In this document: positions 25,438 through 32,698 of the stretch, piece by piece
How positions within the stretch are numbered: the stretch's first letter is position 1
How the letters are laid out: the number at the start of each line of letters is the position of its first letter
IMG/VR virus record: IMGVR_UViG_3300020042_001310
Location: 1 to 36,621 of that record
Direction: 5' to 3' (one strand)
Origin: a virus
Lineage: Duplodnaviria; Caudoviricetes
DNA: 36,621 nt
Translations under genes and position numbers: made by a program
Notes under the pieces: model-generated
Told to the model about the DNA's origin: nothing
Database searches by the model: none
The model's input: the letters and a program-made list of their open reading frames with translations, nothing else

Positions 25438-25611
25438 ATGTCTGAACGCACACCTGAAGAAATTTGTGAAGACCTTCTAGGCCAAACAATAGAAGAAATT
25501 GAAGTTGATTATGATACTGAACTAATCACAATCACCACTAACATGGGCAGAATTGAATTTAGTGGTGACGGATTAGAGATGTATGTAGAAACTGATGAGT
25601 TTGACGATTGA
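25438..25611 (+). CDS. Small acidic hypothetical protein (57 aa), paralog of 496..675
   Basis: Not in ORF track. RBS GAGG. MSERTPEEICEDLLGQTIEEIEVDYDTELITITTNMGRIEFSGDGLEMYVETDEFDD. Confidence 0.8.
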   Translation: MSERTPEEICEDLLGQTIEEIEVDYDTELITITTNMGRIEFSGDGLEMYVETDEFDD

Positions 25612-25676
25612 AACAATTTTTTATTAAAATCGGTAGATTTTCGGCTTCTGTAATCGACGTATAACGCGAGAAAAGA

Positions 25677-25732
25677 GTGGGGATAAGGCTACCATAGCCC
25701 CACAAGTGCAAACCCCTGCCATAAAGGCAGGG
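25677..25732 (-). terminator. Tandem hairpins at the convergence of late and leftward operons
   Basis: CCCTGCC/GGCAGGG (25714-25732) and GTGG..GGCTA/TAGCC.CCAC (25677-25703). The latter is followed on the minus strand by TCTTTTCT. Confidence 0.55.
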
Positions 25733-25750
25733 AAGTAGCAAATCACGTAT

Positions 25751-25918
25751 TCAGTCAAAGTTAACGAGTAATTCAACGATGTCTACCTCTATTTTGCGGT
25801 CATCTGGCAATTTTACCATAGCAGTCGTCGGAAAATGTCCTACTCCTAACACTTCAACAACACATTCGCCTTTTTGCCACCAGCACCATTTTTGTAACTG
25901 CACTTTTTGATCTTTCAT
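25751..25918 (-). CDS. Hypothetical protein (55 aa)
   Basis: Not in ORF track. MKDQKVQLQKWCWWQKGECVVEVLGVGHFPTTAMVKLPDDRKIEVDIVELLVNFD. Starts 2 nt after the upstream stop. Confidence 0.65.
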   Translation of the reverse strand: MKDQKVQLQKWCWWQKGECVVEVLGVGHFPTTAMVKLPDDRKIEVDIVELLVNFD

Positions 25919-25920
25919 GA

Positions 25921-26364
25921 TTACCACCCCAACTGATTAAAGCCACTAGCAATACTCACAACTGTTTTCTTGTGAGTTCTTTTTGGCGCAGCAAGTGGAT
26001 AGTCTAATAAACGATAAACACCTGGCGGGTCATCTTCGCGTTTTCTTTTTGTCGCAACTGCAGTAGCAAACCGCTCTACTGTTTCAGTCTTTAGCACTTC
26101 TTTAACTTTAGCCTTGTACGGCAACTTAGCAACTGCAACGTACTGCGACACTTGAACTGCAACCATGTGGCTACGTTCGCTAGTCTTAAACGGGTGCAGC
26201 TTAATATGGCCTCGCATTACCAAGCGCTGTAGCTGACAGTTTATCTGCCCCTTAGTCATACCAAGCGCTTGCATCAACATACGGCGCGTGTGCGGTTTTT
26301 CTAAGGTAAGATTATACATCTTTTCCTTTTGTTGCTCACATTTTAACTGGCGTTCATAGCTCAT
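25921..26364 (-). CDS. Putative winged-HTH DNA-binding protein
   Basis: TRRMLMQALGMTKGQINCQLQRLVMRGHI fits a wHTH pattern. Basic protein. Confidence 0.55.
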   Translation of the reverse strand: MSYERQLKCEQQKEKMYNLTLEKPHTRRMLMQALGMTKGQINCQLQRLVMRGHIKLHPFKTSERSHMVAVQVSQYVAVAKLPYKAKVKEVLKTETVERFATAVATKRKREDDPPGVYRLLDYPLAAPKRTHKKTVVSIASGFNQLGW

Positions 26365-26627
26365 TTTATATCCTTATATCTAGTCGCTAAGATTAGTTCA
26401 CAATAGTGTATGGCCTTACGTATATCTTCAGCGCCATTCTTAACTGGATGACGTGTAATGTACTTGATTACATTGCCTTCTAAAAAACCTAGTCGGTTAG
26501 CCGTGATGTATTCTACTGGCTGAATAATCATGTCTTTGTAGTGCGACCCGCCCTCTTGTTTGGCTAGTGCAGTTAGTTCTTGCTCTACCAAAACATCATC
26601 CCAATCTTTATCTGCGCCGCTACCCAT
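26361..26627 (-). CDS. DUF3310 / T7 gp1.7-like nucleotide kinase family protein
   Basis: QEGGSHYK...IQPVEYI......FLEGNVIKYITR...KNG.EDI.KA.HY signature. Confidence 0.85.
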   Translation of the reverse strand: MGSGADKDWDDVLVEQELTALAKQEGGSHYKDMIIQPVEYITANRLGFLEGNVIKYITRHPVKNGAEDIRKAIHYCELILATRYKDIK

Positions 26628-26844
26628 ACTTTGCCTCTTCCTGTACTTGTGCGCCTATCTTTTCTAGCACACCGTCACTTAGTAGCGTAGTGATGTCAAC
26701 TGCTGCATCAGCTAACTCAATAGCAATAATGTCAACGTAGGTCGCTGCAGGGCTGTCGCCAGTTCCTAGCGGATCACGTTCAACTTCTACGTCTGCGTAG
26801 ACATCTAGCTCGATGCCGTAAACTTTTACCGTGTATAAACCCAT
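26620..26844 (-). CDS. Hypothetical acidic protein
   Basis: Likely start ATG 26844 (MGLYTVKV...) after GGAG. Contains DPLGTGDSP. Confidence 0.65.
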   Translation of the reverse strand: MGLYTVKVYGIELDVYADVEVERDPLGTGDSPAATYVDIIAIELADAAVDITTLLSDGVLEKIGAQVQEEAKYG

Positions 26845-26966
26845 GATGTTAATTTTCTCCATAATTTAATTAAATAACTTGGCTCTTCGTAAAACGAAAC
26901 CCAAGGCGTAGGGTCTATTCGACCAAACTTAAAATTGTGTTCTCCCCAAATCTCACGATTGTTCAT
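26826..26966 (-). CDS. Hypothetical protein (46 aa)
   Basis: Not in ORF track. ATGA overlap with the upstream gene, RBS AGGAG. MNNREIWGEHNFKFGRIDPTPWVSFYEEPSYLIKLWRKLTSWVYTR. Confidence 0.55.
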   Translation of the reverse strand: MNNREIWGEHNFKFGRIDPTPWVSFYEEPSYLIKLWRKLTSWVYTR

Positions 26967-27157
26967 GGACGTACTGCTCCTTTCAATATTTCTACACGCT
27001 CACGTGCAGCACGTAAGATAGTGTAGCGTTGATGTAAACGTTGTAGCATAGAGATACGCTTCTCGCCTTCACGCTCGTTGTCTAACAAAGCTAACACTTC
27101 ATCTTCGCTTAACGTAGTAAGCTGTGCATTAAGTGATCGCCAGTTCAATCTAGTCAT
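26963..27157 (-). CDS. Hypothetical phage protein (64 aa)
   Basis: ATGA-coupled in the operon. Helical WRSLN...RLHQRY..LRA.RER. Confidence 0.7.
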   Translation of the reverse strand: MTRLNWRSLNAQLTTLSEDEVLALLDNEREGEKRISMLQRLHQRYTILRAARERVEILKGAVRP

Positions 27158-27312
27158 TGATAAACCTTTCCTGAAAATACATGTGTGTTACCGCCTTTAT
27201 CTTTTACTTCTACTGTACAACCGTATCGGTCTTTGTTAACCAATACAACTGTATATGCGCCCACTATAAAGCTTAAAATTAGGCATGTCAAGAATATCTT
27301 TACATCATTCAT
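27154..27312 (-). CDS. Small membrane-anchored protein (52 aa)
   Basis: Not in ORF track. ATGA overlaps at both ends. MNDVKIFLTCLILSFIVGAYTVVLVNKDRYGCTVEVKDKGGNTHVFSGKVYQ. Confidence 0.65.
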   Translation of the reverse strand: MNDVKIFLTCLILSFIVGAYTVVLVNKDRYGCTVEVKDKGGNTHVFSGKVYQ

Positions 27313-28610
27313 GTTAGTTCTTCCATCGCAATATCAGAAATAGCCCGTTTGTCATGCAGGGCTGCCCATATACGTTCGTCAACGGTTTTATTTGTCAACA
27401 TCACGTAACACCATACATCATGCTTTTGTCCGCTACGGTGTAAACGGCCTATCGTTTGCTCATAAAGCTCAAGGCTCCAGGGCAACGATAGGAATACAAT
27501 CTTACTGCCACCATGCTGTAAGTTGAGGCCATGACCTGCAGACTTAGGATGCACTAGCAATAGTTCTACTTTGCCATCGTTCCAACGGGTGATGGCATCG
27601 TCATCGTCTAGCGTTACTGCTTTCGGATAACGTCGCTTAAGTTCTGCTAACTCCTCTTTAAATGCGTAAGCAATGATGGTGTTAGCGTGTTGGTTCTCTT
27701 CTAGCAGTTCATCAAGCCGATCAAACTTATGCTTGCTGAACCATGTCGGTACGGCATCTGCATCATAGATAAAACCTGACGCCATCTGCTGTAGCTTAGA
27801 TGTCACCACGGCAGCGTTAACTGCGGCGATCTGTGTGTTACCAAACTGAACGACAAAGTCTTTCTTCATCTTCTCATACGGCAGTCTGTCGTCCATGTCA
27901 CAGCGTAACTCTACCGTGTGTAGTAGTGGCAGTTTGTCTTTATACTCGCCAGCGTTTAGCACAAAGGTGGCAGGCTTAATTATCTCCATGACCTGCTCAA
28001 GTGCGTTAGGTCTTGGCACCCAGTCACCGTATTCTTTATTGATTAAGATAAAGTGCTGTTGCATGAACGCACCTTTGCTACGCCCTAAAATTGTTTGATC
28101 CACAATCTTACATTGACCAAACACGTCCTCTAGGCCGTTGCTAGTAAAGCTACCTGTCAAGCCCCAGCGTATGTTGATCTTGTCTAATAGTTTTGACAGC
28201 GCCTTAAAACGTGCGCCTGACGGGTTCTTTAGCCTGGTTAACTCATCAAACACAATGCCGTCAATGCCGTTCAAATTATGTATAGATTGCAAATTATCAT
28301 AGTTCAGCACAACAATATCTGCGTCAGACGCAAACGCTGCGTCACGATGCTTAGGTGTACCGACAGCCACAACGAGCTTAAGTCTAGGCGCCCACTTCGG
28401 TTGCTCGACAGGCCACACGTCAGTACAGACACGCTTAGGGGCTAACACTAAGAAGCGTGTTACAACGCCTGCCTCGATAGCGTCTTGCATGGCGGTGAGC
28501 GTGATGGCGGTCTTGCCTGCACCAACTGGCGCTAAGATCATGGCACGGTCATGCTCATACAGGAAGTCAGCCGCCGTGTCTTGATAGGGTCGTAGCTTTA
28601 GCCCACTCAT
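27309..28610 (-). CDS. SNF2-family (SF2) helicase
   Basis: LRPYQ, GAGKT, VFDE, LTGS, SAGHGLNLQ and QTIGRLHRSGQ motifs. Confidence 0.93.
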   Translation of the reverse strand: MSGLKLRPYQDTAADFLYEHDRAMILAPVGAGKTAITLTAMQDAIEAGVVTRFLVLAPKRVCTDVWPVEQPKWAPRLKLVVAVGTPKHRDAAFASDADIVVLNYDNLQSIHNLNGIDGIVFDELTRLKNPSGARFKALSKLLDKINIRWGLTGSFTSNGLEDVFGQCKIVDQTILGRSKGAFMQQHFILINKEYGDWVPRPNALEQVMEIIKPATFVLNAGEYKDKLPLLHTVELRCDMDDRLPYEKMKKDFVVQFGNTQIAAVNAAVVTSKLQQMASGFIYDADAVPTWFSKHKFDRLDELLEENQHANTIIAYAFKEELAELKRRYPKAVTLDDDDAITRWNDGKVELLLVHPKSAGHGLNLQHGGSKIVFLSLPWSLELYEQTIGRLHRSGQKHDVWCYVMLTNKTVDERIWAALHDKRAISDIAMEELT

Positions 28611-28860
28611 CTATATCATCCTTATTCCATAAACATGCGTAATGTTGATTGAGCCTCTGCATGTCAAATGCAAATAACTTCTGTAGTTCTGACAGCTTAC
28701 CGCCCTCTGTTTTTATTTCCACAAACCATGTCTGACCGTTAGGCAAACAGGCTACACGATCAGCCACACCCCGATGCGCTGGCGATGTGAACTTGTAGCT
28801 CTTGCCACCTAACTGCTCGACTACTTTTTTAAAGTATGCTTCAACTTGTTTTTCTAACAT
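28567..28860 (-). CDS. VRR-NUC domain nuclease
   Basis: MLEKQVE...KF.SP..RGVADR......WFVEIK..GGKLSELQ. ATG 28860 preferred over GTG 28866. Confidence 0.9.
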   Translation of the reverse strand: MLEKQVEAYFKKVVEQLGGKSYKFTSPAHRGVADRVACLPNGQTWFVEIKTEGGKLSELQKLFAFDMQRLNQHYACLWNKDDIDEWAKATTLSRHGG

Positions 28861-28866
28861 AAGCAC

Positions 28867-28895
28867 ACATTACTTACCCTTTTTCTATGTGTCAA
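28867..28895 (-). promoter_or_regulatory. Leftward sigma70-type promoter
   Basis: Minus-strand TTGACA (28895-28890), 17 bp, TAATGT (28872-28867). Predicted +1 near 28860. Confidence 0.7.
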
Positions 28896-28918
28896 GTTAT
28901 TTATTATTAAAATAAATG

Positions 28919-28948
28919 TTGACACACTAAATTTATGTATGCTAATCT
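28919..28948 (+). promoter_or_regulatory. Rightward sigma70-type promoter for the replication operon
   Basis: TTGACA (28919-28924), 18 bp, extended -10 TGc-TAATCT (28940-28948). AT-rich upstream element. Confidence 0.65.
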
Positions 28949-28980
28949 GCAAACTCAATAGGTAAACTAAAGGAAACTAA

Positions 28981-30105
28981 ATGCAACACTCTTCAGTCGT
29001 AGGCGGTTCAACCGCTAAACGTGTTATTGCCTGCCCTGGCTCAGTCGCACTCTGCGACAAGATGCCAGCCCGTCCTTCTAATAAGTATGCAGACGAAGGT
29101 ACCCTACTACATAATGTCATTGCAGAGATACTTGACAAAGGCCACACGCCTGAGCATTACCTTGGCACCGTGTACGAAGAACAAGTATTAACGCAAGAAC
29201 TGATTGACAACAAAATCAAACCCGCGCTTGATGCGTTAGATGCAATTGATCCTGATAAGCAGATGGAGTATGCCGTTGAGACGCGCGTTGGCTTTGGTAA
29301 CTTCTTGCCAAACGTATTTGGCTCTACCGACTTCTTAGGTCGCATCGGTGACACAGCGTATGTATTAGATTGGAAGTTTGGTGACGGTGTAGCCGTTGAG
29401 GTTGAAGAGAACCCACAGCTTATGTTCTACGCTGCTGCTGCCATGCGTACTAAAGAAGTGTCATGGGTGTTTGATGGCGTGACATCTATTGAGATGATTA
29501 TCGTACAACCGCCAGCCGTTAAACGCTGGACCACAACCCCTGCTCGTATTGCTTTGTTTGAGCAGTCATTAGCACTTGCAGTCCGTCAATCACAAGCGCC
29601 TGACGCTAGACTTAATGCAGGCGATCATTGCCGTTGGTGTGCAGCCAAGCCTATCTGCCCTCAGATGACTGGTGCTGTTGACCGTGTGTTACACATCAAA
29701 CTAGATGCGTTGCCCGTAGAACAAATTGGTGTATACTTGCAGAACGCCGACGTAATTGAGCAATGGATCACAGACTTACGTGCGTTAGCTTTCCAAATAC
29801 TAGAGGCAGGTAAACCTGTCCCAGGCTATAAGCTAGTTGCCAAACGTGCGACTAGACAATGGGTTAACGAAGAGGATGCGAAGTCTGCACTTCTTAAAGA
29901 CCTACAAGAATCTGACATAATAGAGACGACGTTAATCTCACCAGCTAAAGCTGAGAAGGTGCTTAAAAAACACGGTCTTACTTTACCTGAGGGGACAGTC
30001 GTCGCTATTAGTTCAGGTAGTACGCTGGCAAACGAGAATGATTCTCGCCCAGCATTGTTGCAAATCGGACAGCAATTGACCGCTGCCCTTAATAAAATCA
30101 TCTAA
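28981..30105 (+). CDS. DUF2800 Cas4-like PD-(D/E)XK exonuclease
   Basis: CPGS, EGTLLH, FGSTD....VLDWKFG, NPQLMFYA and CRWC....ICP (Fe-S-type cysteines). Confidence 0.88.
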   Translation: MQHSSVVGGSTAKRVIACPGSVALCDKMPARPSNKYADEGTLLHNVIAEILDKGHTPEHYLGTVYEEQVLTQELIDNKIKPALDALDAIDPDKQMEYAVETRVGFGNFLPNVFGSTDFLGRIGDTAYVLDWKFGDGVAVEVEENPQLMFYAAAAMRTKEVSWVFDGVTSIEMIIVQPPAVKRWTTTPARIALFEQSLALAVRQSQAPDARLNAGDHCRWCAAKPICPQMTGAVDRVLHIKLDALPVEQIGVYLQNADVIEQWITDLRALAFQILEAGKPVPGYKLVAKRATRQWVNEEDAKSALLKDLQESDIIETTLISPAKAEKVLKKHGLTLPEGTVVAISSGSTLANENDSRPALLQIGQQLTAALNKII

Positions 30106-30116
30106 AGGAAATTAAA

Positions 30117-30755
30117 ATGTCTAATATCGTAACTTTTTCACAAGCAAATCTACCAGCAGTCGCTTCTTTAAGCTCAGCCTTACGTTCACTAGAGAACGAT
30201 GTATCGCCAGCAGGCGTTGCTATTCTTAAGATGGACAAGACAGGCCATTGGGTGTTTGGTGCAGACCAAACAGAAGTCGAAGATGACGCTACATGGGCTG
30301 TTAATCCGTTCTCATTCATTCATGGCTTTATCGCATGGGGTGATGGCGACGTATTAGGTGAGAAGATGGTGTCAGTATCACAGCCGTTGCCTGAGCTTGA
30401 TGGTGCGCCACCTGCAGCTAAACGCGGATGGGAGACGCAAGTAGGTCTATCATTAAAGTGCATCTCTGGCGAAGATAAGGGTTTAGAAGTTCGCTTCTCT
30501 ACTACATCTGTCGGCGGTAAACGTGCAGTTCAAGCGTTAGCAGTAGCTATTGCTAATCAAGTAGAAGCAGATCAGACTAAGCCTGTGCCTGTCATCTACT
30601 TGAAGAAAGAGCATTACCAACATAAGTCGTATGGCAAAATCTATACCCCTGTCTTTGACATTAAAGAATGGGTAGGTATGGATGCTGAAGCTTCAGGCGA
30701 GACTGCTGAAGAAGAAGCACCTGCTGAAACTACACGTCGTCGTCGTTCAACATAA
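30117..30755 (+). CDS. Putative single-stranded DNA-binding protein
   Basis: Lies between the exonuclease and polymerase. Aromatic beta-rich core (YQHKSYGKIYTPVF) and acidic tail. Confidence 0.6.
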   Translation: MSNIVTFSQANLPAVASLSSALRSLENDVSPAGVAILKMDKTGHWVFGADQTEVEDDATWAVNPFSFIHGFIAWGDGDVLGEKMVSVSQPLPELDGAPPAAKRGWETQVGLSLKCISGEDKGLEVRFSTTSVGGKRAVQALAVAIANQVEADQTKPVPVIYLKKEHYQHKSYGKIYTPVFDIKEWVGMDAEASGETAEEEAPAETTRRRRST

Positions 30756-32698
30756 TGATACTGTGGCTCGATTTTGAGTCACGTAGTCGCTGCGACTTAC
30801 CTAGTCGCGGCGTCTACAACTACGCTCAAGACAGTAGCACCGATGTGCTATGTATGTCCTATGCGTTTGATGATGGTGACGTCATTACATGGACGCCAGA
30901 TATGCCGTTCCCCGAAGAGGTACGTAACTTTAAGGGTCAAATACGTGCGCACAATGCGACGTTTGAGCGCCTAGTCTTTTGGTATGTCTTACAGATTAAC
31001 TTTGATTTAACACAGTTTTATTGCACAGCTACCCAAGCTCGTGCTAACTGTGCGCCTGGCTCACTAGAGGACGTAGGACGTTTCTCAGGGGCCACGATGC
31101 GTAAAGACCACCGTGGTAAGCAGTTAATCAGACTGCTATCACTCCCTCGTGCTGACGGCACGTTTAACGATGACCCTACCTTGATGGCTGAGATGATTGC
31201 CTACTGTGAAACTGACGTTAAAGTCATGCGCACTATCTCAAAAGCCTTGCGCAATCTATCAGACCAAGAGCTTGCAGACTATCACATCAATGAACGTATC
31301 AACGACAAAGGTGTGCTGCTAGATAAAGACCTTGCCGACTCCGCTATCCGCTACGCAAGTGTAGAGCTAGAAGAGATTGAGCGTATCGTGTCTGAGGTAA
31401 CGAAAGGTGTTATCACGTCAGTACGTTCACCGCGTATGCGTGAGTGGGTGATTGAGCGTGTTGGCCCTGAAGCCCTTAAGCTGATGACCATCATTAAAGA
31501 CGGTGACAAGAAGATGTCTATTGACAAATCTGTTCGCGCTAACTTGTTATTGTTAGCCGAAGAGAACCCTGACGAAGTGCCAGCCGATGTCGCTGACGTT
31601 ATCCAATGTGCTGACGATCTATGGGCGTCATCTGTCGCTAAGTTCAACCGCCTATCACAGCTCGCTGACGAAGAAGACCACCGAGTACGTGGCGCGTTTG
31701 TATTCGCTGGTGGTAGCGCTACAGGCCGTGCGTCTAGCTATGGCGCTCAAGTACATAACTTCACACGTAAGTGTGCTAAAGACCCAGAGGCTGTTAGACA
31801 TGCGATGGTGCGAGGTCATGCGATTGTGCCGACATACGGCAAACGTATTACCGATGTACTAAAAGGTATGCTACGTCCTGCGTTAATTCCTGCTAAGGGT
31901 AAGTCCCTAGTCGTTGCCGATTGGAACGCGGTAGAGGCTAGACTGACCCCTTGGCTTTCCAATGATCCACGTGCAGAAGAGGTGCTAGATGTTTTTAGAT
32001 CAGGTCGTGATATTTATATTAGAGAAGCAGCGGCAATATTCCATCAAGCCGAAACGGACATTACGCCAGACAAACGCCAAATTGGAAAAGTGGCAATACT
32101 ATCATGCGGCTTTGGTGGCGGCGTGGGCGCTTTTGGTGCTATGGGCCGTAATTATGGCATTATACTTAGCGAGTCAGATGCTAAACGCACAGTCGACGCT
32201 TGGCGACGAGCTAACCAATGGGCTGTTAATTATTGGCAGTCACTAGAGTCTGCCTACATGCGGGCGATGCGTAACGTTGGTAAAGAGTTTAGCGTAGGCC
32301 GTGTGACATACTTATACGATGGCGTACATTTATGGTATGCTTTGCCTTCGGGTCGAATACTTTGCTATCCACATGCGAAGCTAGAACCTGAGGGGGTGAC
32401 TTACGCTAAAGCAGCGTGGAAGCCCTCTGCTGACGCTACCGAGTGGCCTAGAGCTAGATTATGGAAGGGCCTTGCGTGTGAGAACATCACCCAGGCCGTT
32501 GCTAACGATTTACTCCGACACTCACTAAGAAACTTAGATGACGTGATATTACACGTTCACGATGAGATTGTAATCGAGACCGATACACCGAATGAAGTGC
32601 TACAACGAATGAGCGATGTAATGTGTACGCCCCCTGAATGGGCTAAGGGTCTCCCTTTGTCTATTGAAGCCGATATAATGACGAGGTATGGAAAATGA
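30755..32698 (+). CDS. DNA polymerase, family A, with 3'-5' exonuclease
   Basis: ExoI DFE, ExoII HNATFE, ExoIII YCETD, then TGR, motif A DWNAVEAR, motif B RQIGKVAILSCGFG and motif C VHDE. Confidence 0.93.
   Translation: MILWLDFESRSRCDLPSRGVYNYAQDSSTDVLCMSYAFDDGDVITWTPDMPFPEEVRNFKGQIRAHNATFERLVFWYVLQINFDLTQFYCTATQARANCAPGSLEDVGRFSGATMRKDHRGKQLIRLLSLPRADGTFNDDPTLMAEMIAYCETDVKVMRTISKALRNLSDQELADYHINERINDKGVLLDKDLADSAIRYASVELEEIERIVSEVTKGVITSVRSPRMREWVIERVGPEALKLMTIIKDGDKKMSIDKSVRANLLLLAEENPDEVPADVADVIQCADDLWASSVAKFNRLSQLADEEDHRVRGAFVFAGGSATGRASSYGAQVHNFTRKCAKDPEAVRHAMVRGHAIVPTYGKRITDVLKGMLRPALIPAKGKSLVVADWNAVEARLTPWLSNDPRAEEVLDVFRSGRDIYIREAAAIFHQAETDITPDKRQIGKVAILSCGFGGGVGAFGAMGRNYGIILSESDAKRTVDAWRRANQWAVNYWQSLESAYMRAMRNVGKEFSVGRVTYLYDGVHLWYALPSGRILCYPHAKLEPEGVTYAKAAWKPSADATEWPRARLWKGLACENITQAVANDLLRHSLRNLDDVILHVHDEIVIETDTPNEVLQRMSDVMCTPPEWAKGLPLSIEADIMTRYGK

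Noticed and set aside
25559-25741. 60-aa minus-strand ORF
   Set aside because: Runs through the hairpin region and antisense into the acidic paralog, with no good RBS.
28981-30105. Cas4 as evidence of a CRISPR-Cas system
   Set aside because: DUF2800-type exonucleases are routine in phage PolA replication modules. No array or other cas genes are present.
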